Assembly (NCBI GenBank): GCA_043814605.1
Contig: JBDRJV010000018.1
Coordinates: 21,545 to 85,544, forward strand
Reading direction: 5' to 3'
Length of the DNA stretch: 64,000 nt
From: Candidatus Omnitrophota bacterium
GTDB lineage: Bacteria > Omnitrophota > Gorgyraeia > B26-G9
In this document: positions 40,801 to 45,886 of the stretch, one piece after another
Position numbering within the stretch: the stretch's first letter is position 1
How the letters are laid out: each line of letters begins with the position of its first letter
Notes under the pieces: model-generated
Databases searched by the model: none
Told to the model about the DNA's origin: nothing
What the model saw: the letters and a program-made list of their open reading frames with translations, nothing else
Position numbers and translations under genes: made by a program

Positions 40801-43800
40801 CGGTAATTGGTCAAGTACCGCAGCCCATTTAGGGCCTTTTTATATTGATACGCAAGGGCCTGCTTCGGCAAGCATTTATCAAATCACCGAACTTGCCGGC
40901 CAAGATTATTTATACGTAACGGGAAATACAATTTATTATTCAGGGAATGCCTATTCTGCGTTTAATGTTTATGTTAGCGCAACGGATACAGGTTCAGGTT
41001 TAAAACAAGCTCAATTTCCGACTACAATTAGTGCCGGTGGTATTGATTCTACAGTAGATACAGGGGCTTATCAATTTATTTATACCTATGTTGTGAGTGC
41101 AGCAGGTGCTACTTATAATAATACTAATGTGATTGTTTATGATAATGCCGGAAATTCTGCTAATGTTCCGTTTAATTTAATGCTGGATAATACACCGCCA
41201 GCTTTAGTTTCTAATTTAACTTCCAGTACGCACACCGTAGGAATATCTTCATCAGATAATGATATTACTTTTACCTGGAGTGATGTTTCGGATGCGCAAT
41301 CCGGAGTTGCTGGTTACAGTTTTACTGTAGATACTTCATCAAGTACTTTACCTCCGAAATATCGAAATATAAATACCGGGGTGCAGAGTTATGCAGCAAA
41401 TGATTTACTTAGTGGTAATCATTACGCACATATCCGGCCGGTTGACCGTGTGGGTAACTGGACAGCTCAAGCTACACATGCCGGAGCATATATTATCGGC
41501 CGGGGACAATTGAGCGCATCAATAAATGCCAGCTCGAATGTGATTAGCACAGACCAGGAATTTACCGTAACAATGACAGTAGAAAATACAGGCAGCAGTA
41601 CAATTAATAGTGTTGACATTTTGTCTTTAACTTTAAGCTCAACCAGTGGTGCTACTGCAACCACTGTTTCAAATCCGAACTCACAGGATATTGGGCCAAC
41701 ACAACAGAGAAATTTCCCATGGACCTATACTGCAGGTTCAACCCCAGGAACCGTAAATTTTACAGGCTATGCACAGGGTTCTGATTCTGAAGGAAGTATT
41801 ATATCAAGTACAGTAACTTCCAGTGATATTGTGATTGAAAACAGGGCAGCTTTAATCGTATCTGTAAATGCAACCCCATCAACTGTAAATACAAGCCAAA
41901 CAATTACTATTGCAGTTACAGTTTCTAATACCGGACAGGCACAGGCACTTAATGTTGCCCCGAGTTTAATCCCTTCCGGGAGTGCCAGCCCCAGTATAAG
42001 TACTGGCCCGAGCCCGTCAACCGCAACAGTAAACGGAGGCCAATCACAAACCTTTACTTATACAGCAACCGCGAGTTCAGCTGGTACAGCAATATTTACA
42101 GCAAATATTGCTTCGGGTTTAGATGAAAATTCTAATGCTGGTTTAACTGCAACTAATGCCCAAGATTCAGTTACTGTCGAAGCAGCGCCAACGTATGCAT
42201 TAACTTCATCCATCGCAGCTGCGCCTCAAGCAGCTAATGTTGCGGGTACGATAACAGTGACAATGAATGTACAGAATACAGGTACAGATATTATCAATAA
42301 TATTGCGCCTTCTGGTTTAAGTGTTGGCGGCTCCTCATCAGATGCTATTTACGTTTCCGGGCCTGTTCCGGCAAATGTATCCAGTTTAATTTCAGGCGCA
42401 ACCCAGAATTTTGTTTGGACCTATACTGCAGGCACAACTTTAGGGACAGTAACTTTTAGCGGTAATGCCCAAGGCACAGAAGCTGTTTCAACCGCAACGA
42501 TTTCTAATGCAGTTACAATTCAGGCAGAAGCAGCAGCGCTTTCATCAAGTATTAGTGCCACACCGACAAGTTTACTCAGTAATGCGACAATTACCATTAC
42601 CATGACAGTTAATAATACAGCTGGTTCTGGCGGAGCAACTGCAGAAAATGTTAGCCCTTCAATATTAACCTTAGGCGGCACAAGTGCACAGGCAAACTTA
42701 TTAACCGGCCCTACACCAGCTAGTGCAAATATTAATGCCGCTAGTTCTCAGAATTTTATCTGGACCTATCGTGCCGGAACAACAGCAGGAACAGTTAATT
42801 TTACCGGAAATGCTTCGGGTATTGACGGTAATTCACAAAGTACGATAAGTTCAACAGCAACTACATCCAATAATGTGACAATTTCAACCTTAAATCCGGA
42901 GTGGATGTATCCGACTGGAACAGATATTGTGGGTCCTGTCCGCAGTATTCCGATTGCTTATTGGGGAATGTATAATAAAATTTATTTTGGTTCAGATGAT
43001 CATAATCTCTATATTTTAGACGGAGATACACACGGGCTTGATTTTAGTTATACAACATCAGGTGTAATCCGCGGATTACCCTATCCATCTACAGATGTTA
43101 AAGGAGAGGGGCTTGAGGATATTGTTTATTTTGGTACTTTAGGAAGAACAGTTTACGGTATTTGGGCGGATAATAGTTTGCGGTTTGAGAGGATTTTAGG
43201 AGAAGAACTTTCCACCACAGTGCTTTATGATTATGTGTCGAATATTTATTTTGGCACAACAGCCAATAGAGCTTATTGCATTGATGCTGCTGACGGAACA
43301 GATGTTTGGTCTAATCCGGCAACTGTGGGCGGGCCAATTGAATCATCACCGGCGATGATTTTTGTGCCGACTTTAGATTATGATGAAATTTACTTTGGCG
43401 CAACTGACGGAAAAATTTATGCGTTTAAAGCTGCAGATGGCACGGGTGCGAGAACTTTTGATACTGGCTTTGGCGCAGAAGCAGACATAAAAACTGCACC
43501 GGTTATTAGTTTGCAAAACCCCAGCAATAGCGGTTCCAGAAGATTAATGTTTTTTGGTACAGGTAACGGCAGGTTTTATTGTGTGAACACTGCAAATTTA
43601 AGCGCATCTACTGCAGATACAGGCTGGGCAACGAATCCTGTAATTTGCGGTGATAAAGTATATTCTGCGCCTTGGGTAGATGTAGATACAAGATATGTAT
43701 ACTTTGGCTGCCAGGACGGAAAACTTTATGCTTTAAGTTTAAATGACGGAAGTTCAAGAGCAAATTTTCCGGTGAATATTGGTTCTCCGATTGATTCCTG

Positions 43801-44035
43801 GCCTTTGGTTGAAAATGGTATTTGTTATTTTGGCGCAGACGACGGAAAATTTTATGCGGTTAATATTAATACCGGACAGATTGTTCCGGGATGGCCTTAT
43901 GATACCGGCGCTCCGATTAAAAGCGGCGCAGCATTACATGTTGTTTATGATACAGAAACCTGGGAAGTAATTGATACTTATGTTTTAGTGGGATCAGATT
44001 CTGGTAAAATATATAGTTTTAAAGTGGTACAATAG
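25862..44035 (+). CDS. Giant secreted surface protein (6057 aa): signal peptide, N-terminal triplicated unknown domain, FN3-like x3, 27 Big/Ig-like repeats in blocks of 7/10/10, three ~160-aa 'NNTGTISDAEI' domains, FN3-like x2, CARDB-like x5, C-terminal PQQ-type beta-propeller
   Basis: Uninterrupted 18.2-kb ORF with an RBS (AAGAGG) and signal peptide (MRKTNKILKIIGFIFLVMAVIPTSAQA). The repeats carry a conserved HFVISHDG...ITVTAKDAYxN...DxxTYTF...INISVSGDGKTDDNTEGNL core. The C-terminal IYFG..DG.LYA. repeats are typical of PQQ/BamB-like propellers. Confidence 0.85.
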   Translation: MRKTNKILKIIGFIFLVMAVIPTSAQARLIVQKGTSTIAAGQTTYVQSINAVSSLSNAFVLMWSTGDSGASNSQYHQATGVLTSTSQITFTRQGTTDDCRIGWYVIEAEYGEFEVVKRNTITIGTTATTQDDAIGATIDQSRSFIVSNSRIGGNGGTANAYKGYATTHFLNDTTIQAARGVSGTYTTIVSYAVVQWSAASGVTVQSKELSASIGTTEVTDTINTAVTPVQTWLYATARHNSNGLSQTAVNTYLKDGTTVGFSRYTGTYTSAIRWWAIQFPEGVPVQRQSLSAASGDLTEPATLASNVTIGYSWSDNYNDSNGTGTAYPRQSWYSQITAVNQVIATRYYSGQAANLSMQAIDTSAWIPPLVTITITPDPCKAVGIGGLETKLVFNLTMNTSVEPIITYDPQGATGPQACTAGTWSTTTYANDTYTVYNDYEINASTGDGTAVISVSGAKSDLGITMYPDTDDSFIIDATVPNNPSYPCGSWDSSSKTAAIPNDTWQEIDSTPYFEWTGASDGAGTGVSGYSVYWGNSSIGEPATTQEQSAENYDVATPVDDGIYYLRVRTFDNAGNYSEPVTIFIFQYDASAPINPDVPANSWESNLKLTPITNDTWQKDDNTPYFEWTGANDSGGSGVSGYSVYWGTDTNGEPGQTQQQSNMNYQVSTPADTNTYYLRVRTFDNFNHYSNPVTLFIFKYDDTQPTNPVQPCSGWDSPSKGNMLSNNKAQGFGQTPYFEWTGASDASGSGVSGYSIYWGMDSEGEPGLTQEQANADYEISTPTGEDTYYLIVRTFDALGNYSEPVTLFTFIYDETKPTVTITVSPDPAGHSAAGELEFKLVFSESMDIAVTPSVSYDPQGATGNQTVDTNGAWSTTTYTNDTYTVYNSNVINSTTGDGAAAISVSTAQDVALNTMLADTNDSFTIDTLVHHFVIAHDGMAVINIPETLTITAKNSTNCTVLDYTGQVTLSTLNETGEITWALVSGAGVFNDNGAGQDTATYTFAAGDNGVVTIQITDTNADNLDVEVTDTINTDDDTEGNLVVSTIPLGWFVISHDTAAIAGTPETITVTAKDINGQTKTDYAGTINLDTNGTATTITWGLSSGLGIFADGGASLDTAAYTFHDNDNGVAVFTIKDTKVETINISVEDNGKTDNDTEGNLIVSPGAVNSFIIAHDTQATAGIADNVSITAYDTYSNIKTNYTGTITVDTNGTTTTITWANVSGLGMFNDGGAGVDTATYTYAAGDNGTVTLSITDTKTESIDIDASASGKTDNDSEGNMLIVPAAIDYFVISHDGAASAGVSDQMSVTAKDAYANIKTNYTGTITLDTNGTATTIDWALVSGSGVFNDNGASVDTSTYTFDAADNGTAIFSILDTTQESINISVIGDTKTDDNTEGDLNVGPAVIWLFDITHDGNANAGVYDDVTITAKDSLGNIMTNYTGTITVDTNGTASAVSWAKVTGLGTFNDGGASVDTATYTYASGDNGVVVLKIKDNVQESINISVSGDGRVDNDTEGNLIVGLPLLSHFVIAHDGAAAAGTAENIIITAKDTVGNTKTDYTGTITVDTNGTETAITWAKITGAGVFVDGGVDADTATYAYAAGDNGVVTLSINDTKVETVNISITGDGKTDDNTEGDLAVSPGALDHFKIVHDSSGIVNIAEMVTVSARDSNDNIKTNYTGTITLDTNGTATAITWGLQSGSGVFTDGGASVDTATYTFNAEDNGAAVFRVTDSIAQTINIAVFGDTKPDDNTEGNLVIGAAGTQTTGWLSPTANTGGFTNPTEAYADGGSYAYSRSGYEHQYSNYGFSFPYNAIITGIQIRLDAWGQRNGYSYSGELSWDAGTNFTSSGWSTPAMTTSQVTYLSANDLWGRTTWSKTELANANFRVKLIATGSTLRNNYLDWVPINVSYEIGANAAANNVTTADVGVGSSGNLILNTTVTNSASVQDTVTSITVNNTGTATDAEITSVKLYYDSNNSNDYTPGVDTQIGSGTFSSGAKTFSGLNINIAASGGNEYFFVIMDVASSAVSGHTLDAVIPANGITLTKTGTIEPTQINSSGNRIIKIMLDHFVISHDGAGIAGSNETVTVTAKDAFNNTKTDYTGQITLDTTGTPGTISWSLQSGNGVFNDGGASVDTATYTFNVADNGTVTFSVNDTLSETFNISISGDGKTDDNTEGNLVVAPAGIDHFVISHDTAAIAGIAEQVSVTAKDAYSNTITNYAAQITLNTTGTANTITWALISGFGTFVDGGASVDTATYTFSPSDNGQAVFTVMDNTAETINISVIANGKFDDDTEGNLVVAPAGIDYFVINHDGTAIAGTPEQVTITAKDALGNTKIDYTGQITVDTTGTATTITWALQTGSGAFVEGGASVDSATYTYNSADNGVVVLTLNDTKKETVNISVSGDTKTDDNTEGNLVVSPGAIDYFVISHDGVATTGVSESVGITAYDANDNIKDDYIGQITIDTNGTPTTITWTLVSGDGEFVDSGASDDTATYTYVLGDNGTVSLSIVDYTSETINISVTGDGKTDDNTEGDLQIASSGIDHFLISHDNNALAGTPENITIYAKNANNDTLQNYQGQITIDTSGTPSAISWILVSGNGIFADGGVGMDTATYTFTDSDDGTVVLSIIDTAEETLNISVSGEGKTDDNTEGNLVINPVGLHHFTISHDGAAFAGVADAVTIIAKDANNNTVTNYTGQITVDTNGTATAITWAKQTGSGSFAEGGPSVDTATYTFVSGDNGQCVLTITDNKVETINISVSGSGKSDDNTEGNLIIGPGTIDHFVISHDSSAVAGIADNVTIIAYDAYNNIKTNYTGQITLDTNGTAATITWAKVTGAGVFVDGGASVDTATYTYVAGDNGQCVLSINDTTAETLNISVAGDGKNDNDSEGNLVVMATTVDHFVIMHDNSAEAGVAESVSITAYDAYNNIKTDYTGQITVDTNGTATTITWAKVSGAGSFVDGGASVDTATYTYASGDNGVVGLTISDTKKETININVSGDGKVDTNTEGNLVVGPTGLDHFVISHDTAAIAGVADNVSITAFDTYSNLKDNYTGTITVDTNGTADAITWAKVSGAGSFEDGGASVDTATYTYAAADNGVVTLSIADTKTETIDIDAQAAGKYDDDSEANMVIGPSDINDFVVSHDTQGVVNSAEPITVTARDIYQNIKTDYTGQITVSVTGESGEITWALAAGSGLFNDAGAGLDTATYTYNALDLGLVGLTITDNTADTINIVVSGDGKSDENNEGNLSFTSSYIVIDNLDSGYSENTVDNDWTTRTTGNEYGTNWRRDTTRNDGDWARWTPNITIPGNYEVFAFWSDLGTANATDSPYTVYYNGGNSGALDQNQEVNGNQWNSLGVYEFAVGTGGYVQLGDAANDDVCADAIKFELKGSAAAAANSVDSSSVGAGASDVLILDVTVSNNAINNDTITSVTVNNIGTISDAEIAAVKLYYDSNNSQDYTPGTDVQVGTGTFSSAAKTFSNLNITLTGSGTEKLFVVLDLAQTVDDGDSLDVQIPANGIILANAPDIADAALNSAGTRTVSLNLDHFVISHDGAAAAGIPEQITVTAKDEYENVIIYYTGTITLDTNGTAASISWSLQTGSGVFNDNGAGVDTATYAFNAADSGVAVFNVTDNKAETINISVSGNGKTDNNTEGNLIVAPAGLDHFVITHDASAIAGIADNVTVTAKDAYENTVYDYTGSITLDTNGTANAIEWALVVGFGTFNDNGAGVDTATYTFSASDNSTATFTITDTQSESLNISVSDGIGHNDNNSEGNLVVSAANLHHFVISHDGNAEAGVADNITIIAKDQYENTLTNYSGQITIDTDGTVGSIAWAKVSGSGTFVDGGIDADTATYTYNTADMGVVILSITDTTLENLNISVTGDGKNDDNTESTLNVGPGLIEYFTITHDGFALQNQAENITIKAYDAYNNIKTDYAGQITLDTNGTADAITWALITGNGTFNDNGPSVDTATYTFNTSDNGEVILSITDATAEIINVSVTAGTKTDDDNEGILEIVAAGFHHFKISHDGNAVNGVPEAITITAKDASDITITNYAGIMTVDTSGTATTITWALQTGNGTFNDGGSGVDTAEYTFDALDNGVVILTITDTTLETININCFGSGKTDDNTEGNLVINPAGLNHFTITHDHNAVAGVAENIVISAEDANNTAVSGYTGTINLDTNGTAGAITWANIDGAGIFSDGGAVVDTATYTFASGDLGNVTLSINDTKAEMINISVTGDGKTDDDQEGNLTISHGVIDHFIINHDQAAEAGTAENITITAKDVYNNIITDYTSQITVDTTGTPATITWALTTGSGIFNDGGAGVDTATYTYQTADNGVVVLNITDTTVESINISVTGDGKLDDNTEGNLSVGAGTINKFVVTHDGNAQAGSAESVIITAYDIYNNIKTNYTGTITLDTNGTANSITWALSSGLGSFNDGGVYLDTATYGFVSADNGTAEFTITDTKAEIIDIDVSGNGKFDDDTEGNLIIAPSGLDHFFISHDGNAQAGVSENIIIQAQDYYDNIQTDYTGQITVDTNGTETAITWALITGSGTFNDHGVSIDTATYTFAPGDNGAVTLSINDTKAEDVNISVSGDSKFDDDTEGNLTVKPNVLNYFIVAHDNEAIQGVGEEITVTAKDSYANTKTDYTGTITLDTNGDVNNISWSLNTGSGTFNDGGASVDTATYTYAVGDAGVASFNLTDDTAQTINISVNDGGITDENNEGDLVIQASSLTIDAVVNALSSGYIGAGTSGQLVLDLTLTNNNVLAADTIQTLTINNTGTISDAQVQTVKLYYDSNNSNSYTVGIDTQAGTGSFSSGTLAFTNINIQISAAGTEELYVVVDLTATVTNAVTVDVSVPINGITFTNSPDTDDVILNSSGIFTVDSGIPGIVSGLSSTSHSNAISAWNNPQSRDNTVSVNWSPATDPESGVDGYSVLWDTNPTTLPNTTKDIEQTQTTVTSTALSDGTVHYFHIRSVDNVGNWSSTAAHLGPFYIDTQGPASASIYQITELAGQDYLYVTGNTIYYSGNAYSAFNVYVSATDTGSGLKQAQFPTTISAGGIDSTVDTGAYQFIYTYVVSAAGATYNNTNVIVYDNAGNSANVPFNLMLDNTPPALVSNLTSSTHTVGISSSDNDITFTWSDVSDAQSGVAGYSFTVDTSSSTLPPKYRNINTGVQSYAANDLLSGNHYAHIRPVDRVGNWTAQATHAGAYIIGRGQLSASINASSNVISTDQEFTVTMTVENTGSSTINSVDILSLTLSSTSGATATTVSNPNSQDIGPTQQRNFPWTYTAGSTPGTVNFTGYAQGSDSEGSIISSTVTSSDIVIENRAALIVSVNATPSTVNTSQTITIAVTVSNTGQAQALNVAPSLIPSGSASPSISTGPSPSTATVNGGQSQTFTYTATASSAGTAIFTANIASGLDENSNAGLTATNAQDSVTVEAAPTYALTSSIAAAPQAANVAGTITVTMNVQNTGTDIINNIAPSGLSVGGSSSDAIYVSGPVPANVSSLISGATQNFVWTYTAGTTLGTVTFSGNAQGTEAVSTATISNAVTIQAEAAALSSSISATPTSLLSNATITITMTVNNTAGSGGATAENVSPSILTLGGTSAQANLLTGPTPASANINAASSQNFIWTYRAGTTAGTVNFTGNASGIDGNSQSTISSTATTSNNVTISTLNPEWMYPTGTDIVGPVRSIPIAYWGMYNKIYFGSDDHNLYILDGDTHGLDFSYTTSGVIRGLPYPSTDVKGEGLEDIVYFGTLGRTVYGIWADNSLRFERILGEELSTTVLYDYVSNIYFGTTANRAYCIDAADGTDVWSNPATVGGPIESSPAMIFVPTLDYDEIYFGATDGKIYAFKAADGTGARTFDTGFGAEADIKTAPVISLQNPSNSGSRRLMFFGTGNGRFYCVNTANLSASTADTGWATNPVICGDKVYSAPWVDVDTRYVYFGCQDGKLYALSLNDGSSRANFPVNIGSPIDSWPLVENGICYFGADDGKFYAVNINTGQIVPGWPYDTGAPIKSGAALHVVYDTETWEVIDTYVLVGSDSGKIYSFKVVQ
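28644..31140 (+). repeat. Coding tandem repeat block 1 (7 x ~357 bp Ig-like units)
   Basis: Periodic recurrence of catcattttgtgat...catgacgg every ~357 nt. Confidence 0.8.
32056..35614 (+). repeat. Coding tandem repeat block 2 (10 x ~357 bp Ig-like units)
   Basis: Same periodicity as block 1. Preceded by a ~0.9-kb insert domain (31138-32055). Confidence 0.8.
36487..40048 (+). repeat. Coding tandem repeat block 3 (10 x ~357 bp Ig-like units)
   Basis: Same periodicity as blocks 1 and 2. Preceded by a ~0.9-kb insert domain (35614-36486) containing a second copy of the 'NNIGTISDAEIAAVKLYYDSNNS' domain. Confidence 0.8.
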
Positions 44036-44153
44036 AAGTAGCGAGTAGAGAGTAGCACCTTTACGGGTACGAGCAAGTAGCCCTCCTACGCTAAAGCTTC
44101 GGAGGGTAAAAAAGTAGAGAGCAAAAACAAAAAGTTTTTAAATAAAAAAAATA

Positions 44154-44234
44154 ATGTAGGGGGCGATCCCTGTGTCGCCCCGTGTAAATAATAAATATCA
44201 TTAATTTTGTAGGGGCGGTCCTTGTGCCCGCCCG
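44154..44234 (+). other. Two tandem copies of a GC hairpin unit TGTAGGGGCG(A/G)TCC(C/T)TGTG(T/C)C(G/C)CCCG upstream of the propeller gene
   Basis: GGGGCGAtccctgtgTCGCCCC and GGGCGGtccttgtgCCCGCCC each form 7-bp GC stems. The second sits 32 nt upstream of the ATG at 44266. Confidence 0.4.
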
Positions 44235-44265
44235 AATATTAAAAGATAATCAATTGGAGATAAGC

Positions 44266-45396
44266 ATGAGAAAAATAATTTTTGTGCTGCTAATATTATT
44301 TTTATGCAGTAGGCAGGGATTTTGCGCGGATTGGCCGATGTTTAGAAAAGATAGTGTTCATTCCGGCCAAAGCACAGAATTATTACAGCCGCCATTAAGC
44401 TTGAAATGGAAGTTTGAAATCAAAGAAAAAATTATTTCTTCGCCCTGTGTTTATCAAGGCAAACTATTTATTGGCGCCCGCGATAATAATTTATATGCTT
44501 TGGATGCGAAAACCGGAAGTCTGCTCTGGAAATATTCTTCTGATGGCTGGATAGATTCCTCACCGGCAGCAGCAGGGGATAAGGTTTATTTTTGTTCCCG
44601 GGACGGGTATCTTTATTGTTTAAACATTGCCAGCGGGGATTTAGTTTGGAAATATAAAACCGGCGGCAATGATTTATCTTCGCCGTTAGTAGAGGGGCAG
44701 AGATTATTTTGCGCAACCGGATTCCCAAATAAATATATTTATTGTATAAATTCTCAAACCGGTGCGGAACTCTGGAAATTTTCTACTGAGCAAATGGTTT
44801 ATTCTTCCGCTGCTGTTTTAGAAAATAATATTTATATCGGTGCTAATGACGGGAATTTATACTGCTTGAATAAAAAGAACGGGACTGAAATCTGGAAATA
44901 TAAAACCAAAGGCGGGATTTACTGTGCATCACCGGTAATCAGTGATGAAAAAGTTATTATTGCTGCGGGTGATTTTGATTGGGATGTGCAGGCTTTAAAT
45001 ATCAGTTCCGGACGCAATATCTGGACTTATAAAATTGAGGATAATCAACCCACGCCAAATTATGTTTCCACAACAGCGTTGGCCCAGGGGTTGGTTTTTA
45101 TTACTGCCGGGTATCAAAACCAGCAGTTATATTGTTTAAATGCAAATAAAGGCACATTAAAATGGAAAGCAGATTTAGACCCGGCACTGAGGTTTGGCTT
45201 TTCTTCTTCTTGTGTGGTTACCGAAGATACTGTTTATGCAGCCAGCGGAAAAGGGATTCTGAGAGCTTTTGAAATATCAACCGGAAAATTAAAATGGCAG
45301 TATGGCTTAAGCAGCGGGGTTCTTTCTTCTCCGTGTGTTGCCCACGGAATACTTTATGTTGCGGATTTAAACGGAACATTATATGCATTAGAATAA
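44266..45396 (+). CDS. Secreted PQQ-repeat beta-propeller protein (BamB/YVTN-like)
   Basis: Signal peptide MRKIIFVLLILFLCS. Repeated 'G.LLWKY...G.I.SSP...VYF.S.DG.LYCLN' PQQ-type blades. The start is moved to the ATG at 44266 (RBS GGAGA); the ORF track begins at an upstream GTG (44224). Confidence 0.7.
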   Translation: MRKIIFVLLILFLCSRQGFCADWPMFRKDSVHSGQSTELLQPPLSLKWKFEIKEKIISSPCVYQGKLFIGARDNNLYALDAKTGSLLWKYSSDGWIDSSPAAAGDKVYFCSRDGYLYCLNIASGDLVWKYKTGGNDLSSPLVEGQRLFCATGFPNKYIYCINSQTGAELWKFSTEQMVYSSAAVLENNIYIGANDGNLYCLNKKNGTEIWKYKTKGGIYCASPVISDEKVIIAAGDFDWDVQALNISSGRNIWTYKIEDNQPTPNYVSTTALAQGLVFITAGYQNQQLYCLNANKGTLKWKADLDPALRFGFSSSCVVTEDTVYAASGKGILRAFEISTGKLKWQYGLSSGVLSSPCVAHGILYVADLNGTLYALE

Positions 45397-45765
45397 ATTA
45401 AAAGCAGTAGAGTTTTATAATAAGGCTTAAGTTCTGTAAGCTATACAATCACTTCCTGGCGCGATAAACAAAACGCATTTGATGTGTATTAGTAATTTTT
45501 GTAGCTCTAGGAAAGCTGTTTTGTGCCGCGGATACAGCTTATGGATAATGATATTGCCGTAGATGAAGGGCATTTTGCACAGCCTAAAGCATTAACCTCA
45601 TAAATTTCCCGGGTATCAACTTTCGGCGGTTTATATTTTTTTTTCTTTTTCTTTTCCATTACAATTCTATTATAGCATATTTAATAATTTTTAGCTAAAT
45701 TTTTATTTCCACATAAATTCTCATAAATTTACAGGATTTGTGATTTAAAATTTGGTATTCACGTA

Positions 45766-45880
45766 AGCGGATGTGAAGAAAACTGTTTTCACTTGTTTTT
45801 TCATCCTTGAAATTTATGACATCCGTGTCAAATAAATCTAAGCGAATCGGTGTAAAAACAGTTTCCCCACATCCTTTAAA
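45766..45880 (-). terminator. Long-range inverted repeat (20-bp arms) immediately 3' of the secretin gene
   Basis: GGATGTGAAGAAAACTGTTTT ... AAAACAGTTTCCCCACATCC. These are reverse complements with two mismatches, ~70 nt apart. Confidence 0.35.
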
Positions 45881-45886
45881 ATTTAA

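Noticed and set aside
27175-41664. Numerous 60-130-aa - strand ORFs and a few + strand out-of-frame ORFs inside the giant gene
   Set aside because: They are antisense or frame-shifted reading-frame artefacts of a GC-richer, repeat-rich coding region. They have no RBS and no independent conservation pattern.
44081-44106. Intrinsic terminator after the giant gene (CCCTCC...GGAGGG)
   Set aside because: The stem is short with a 14-nt loop and is followed by an A-run rather than a T-run on the coding strand. It is not a convincing rho-independent terminator.
44208-44234. Second sigma-54 promoter (GGGGCGGTCCTTGTGCC) upstream of the propeller gene
   Set aside because: Only the GG-N10-GC spacing matches. 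The -24 and -12 flanks (GGGGCG / GTGCC) deviate from TGGCAC / TTGCW, and the sequence is better explained as one arm of a GC hairpin repeat.
45602-45676. 24-aa - strand ORF MEKKKKKNINRRKLIPGKFMRLML in the gap between the propeller and secretin genes
   Set aside because: Poly-A/T-derived lysine run with no RBS. It is most likely non-coding 3' UTR / terminator sequence.
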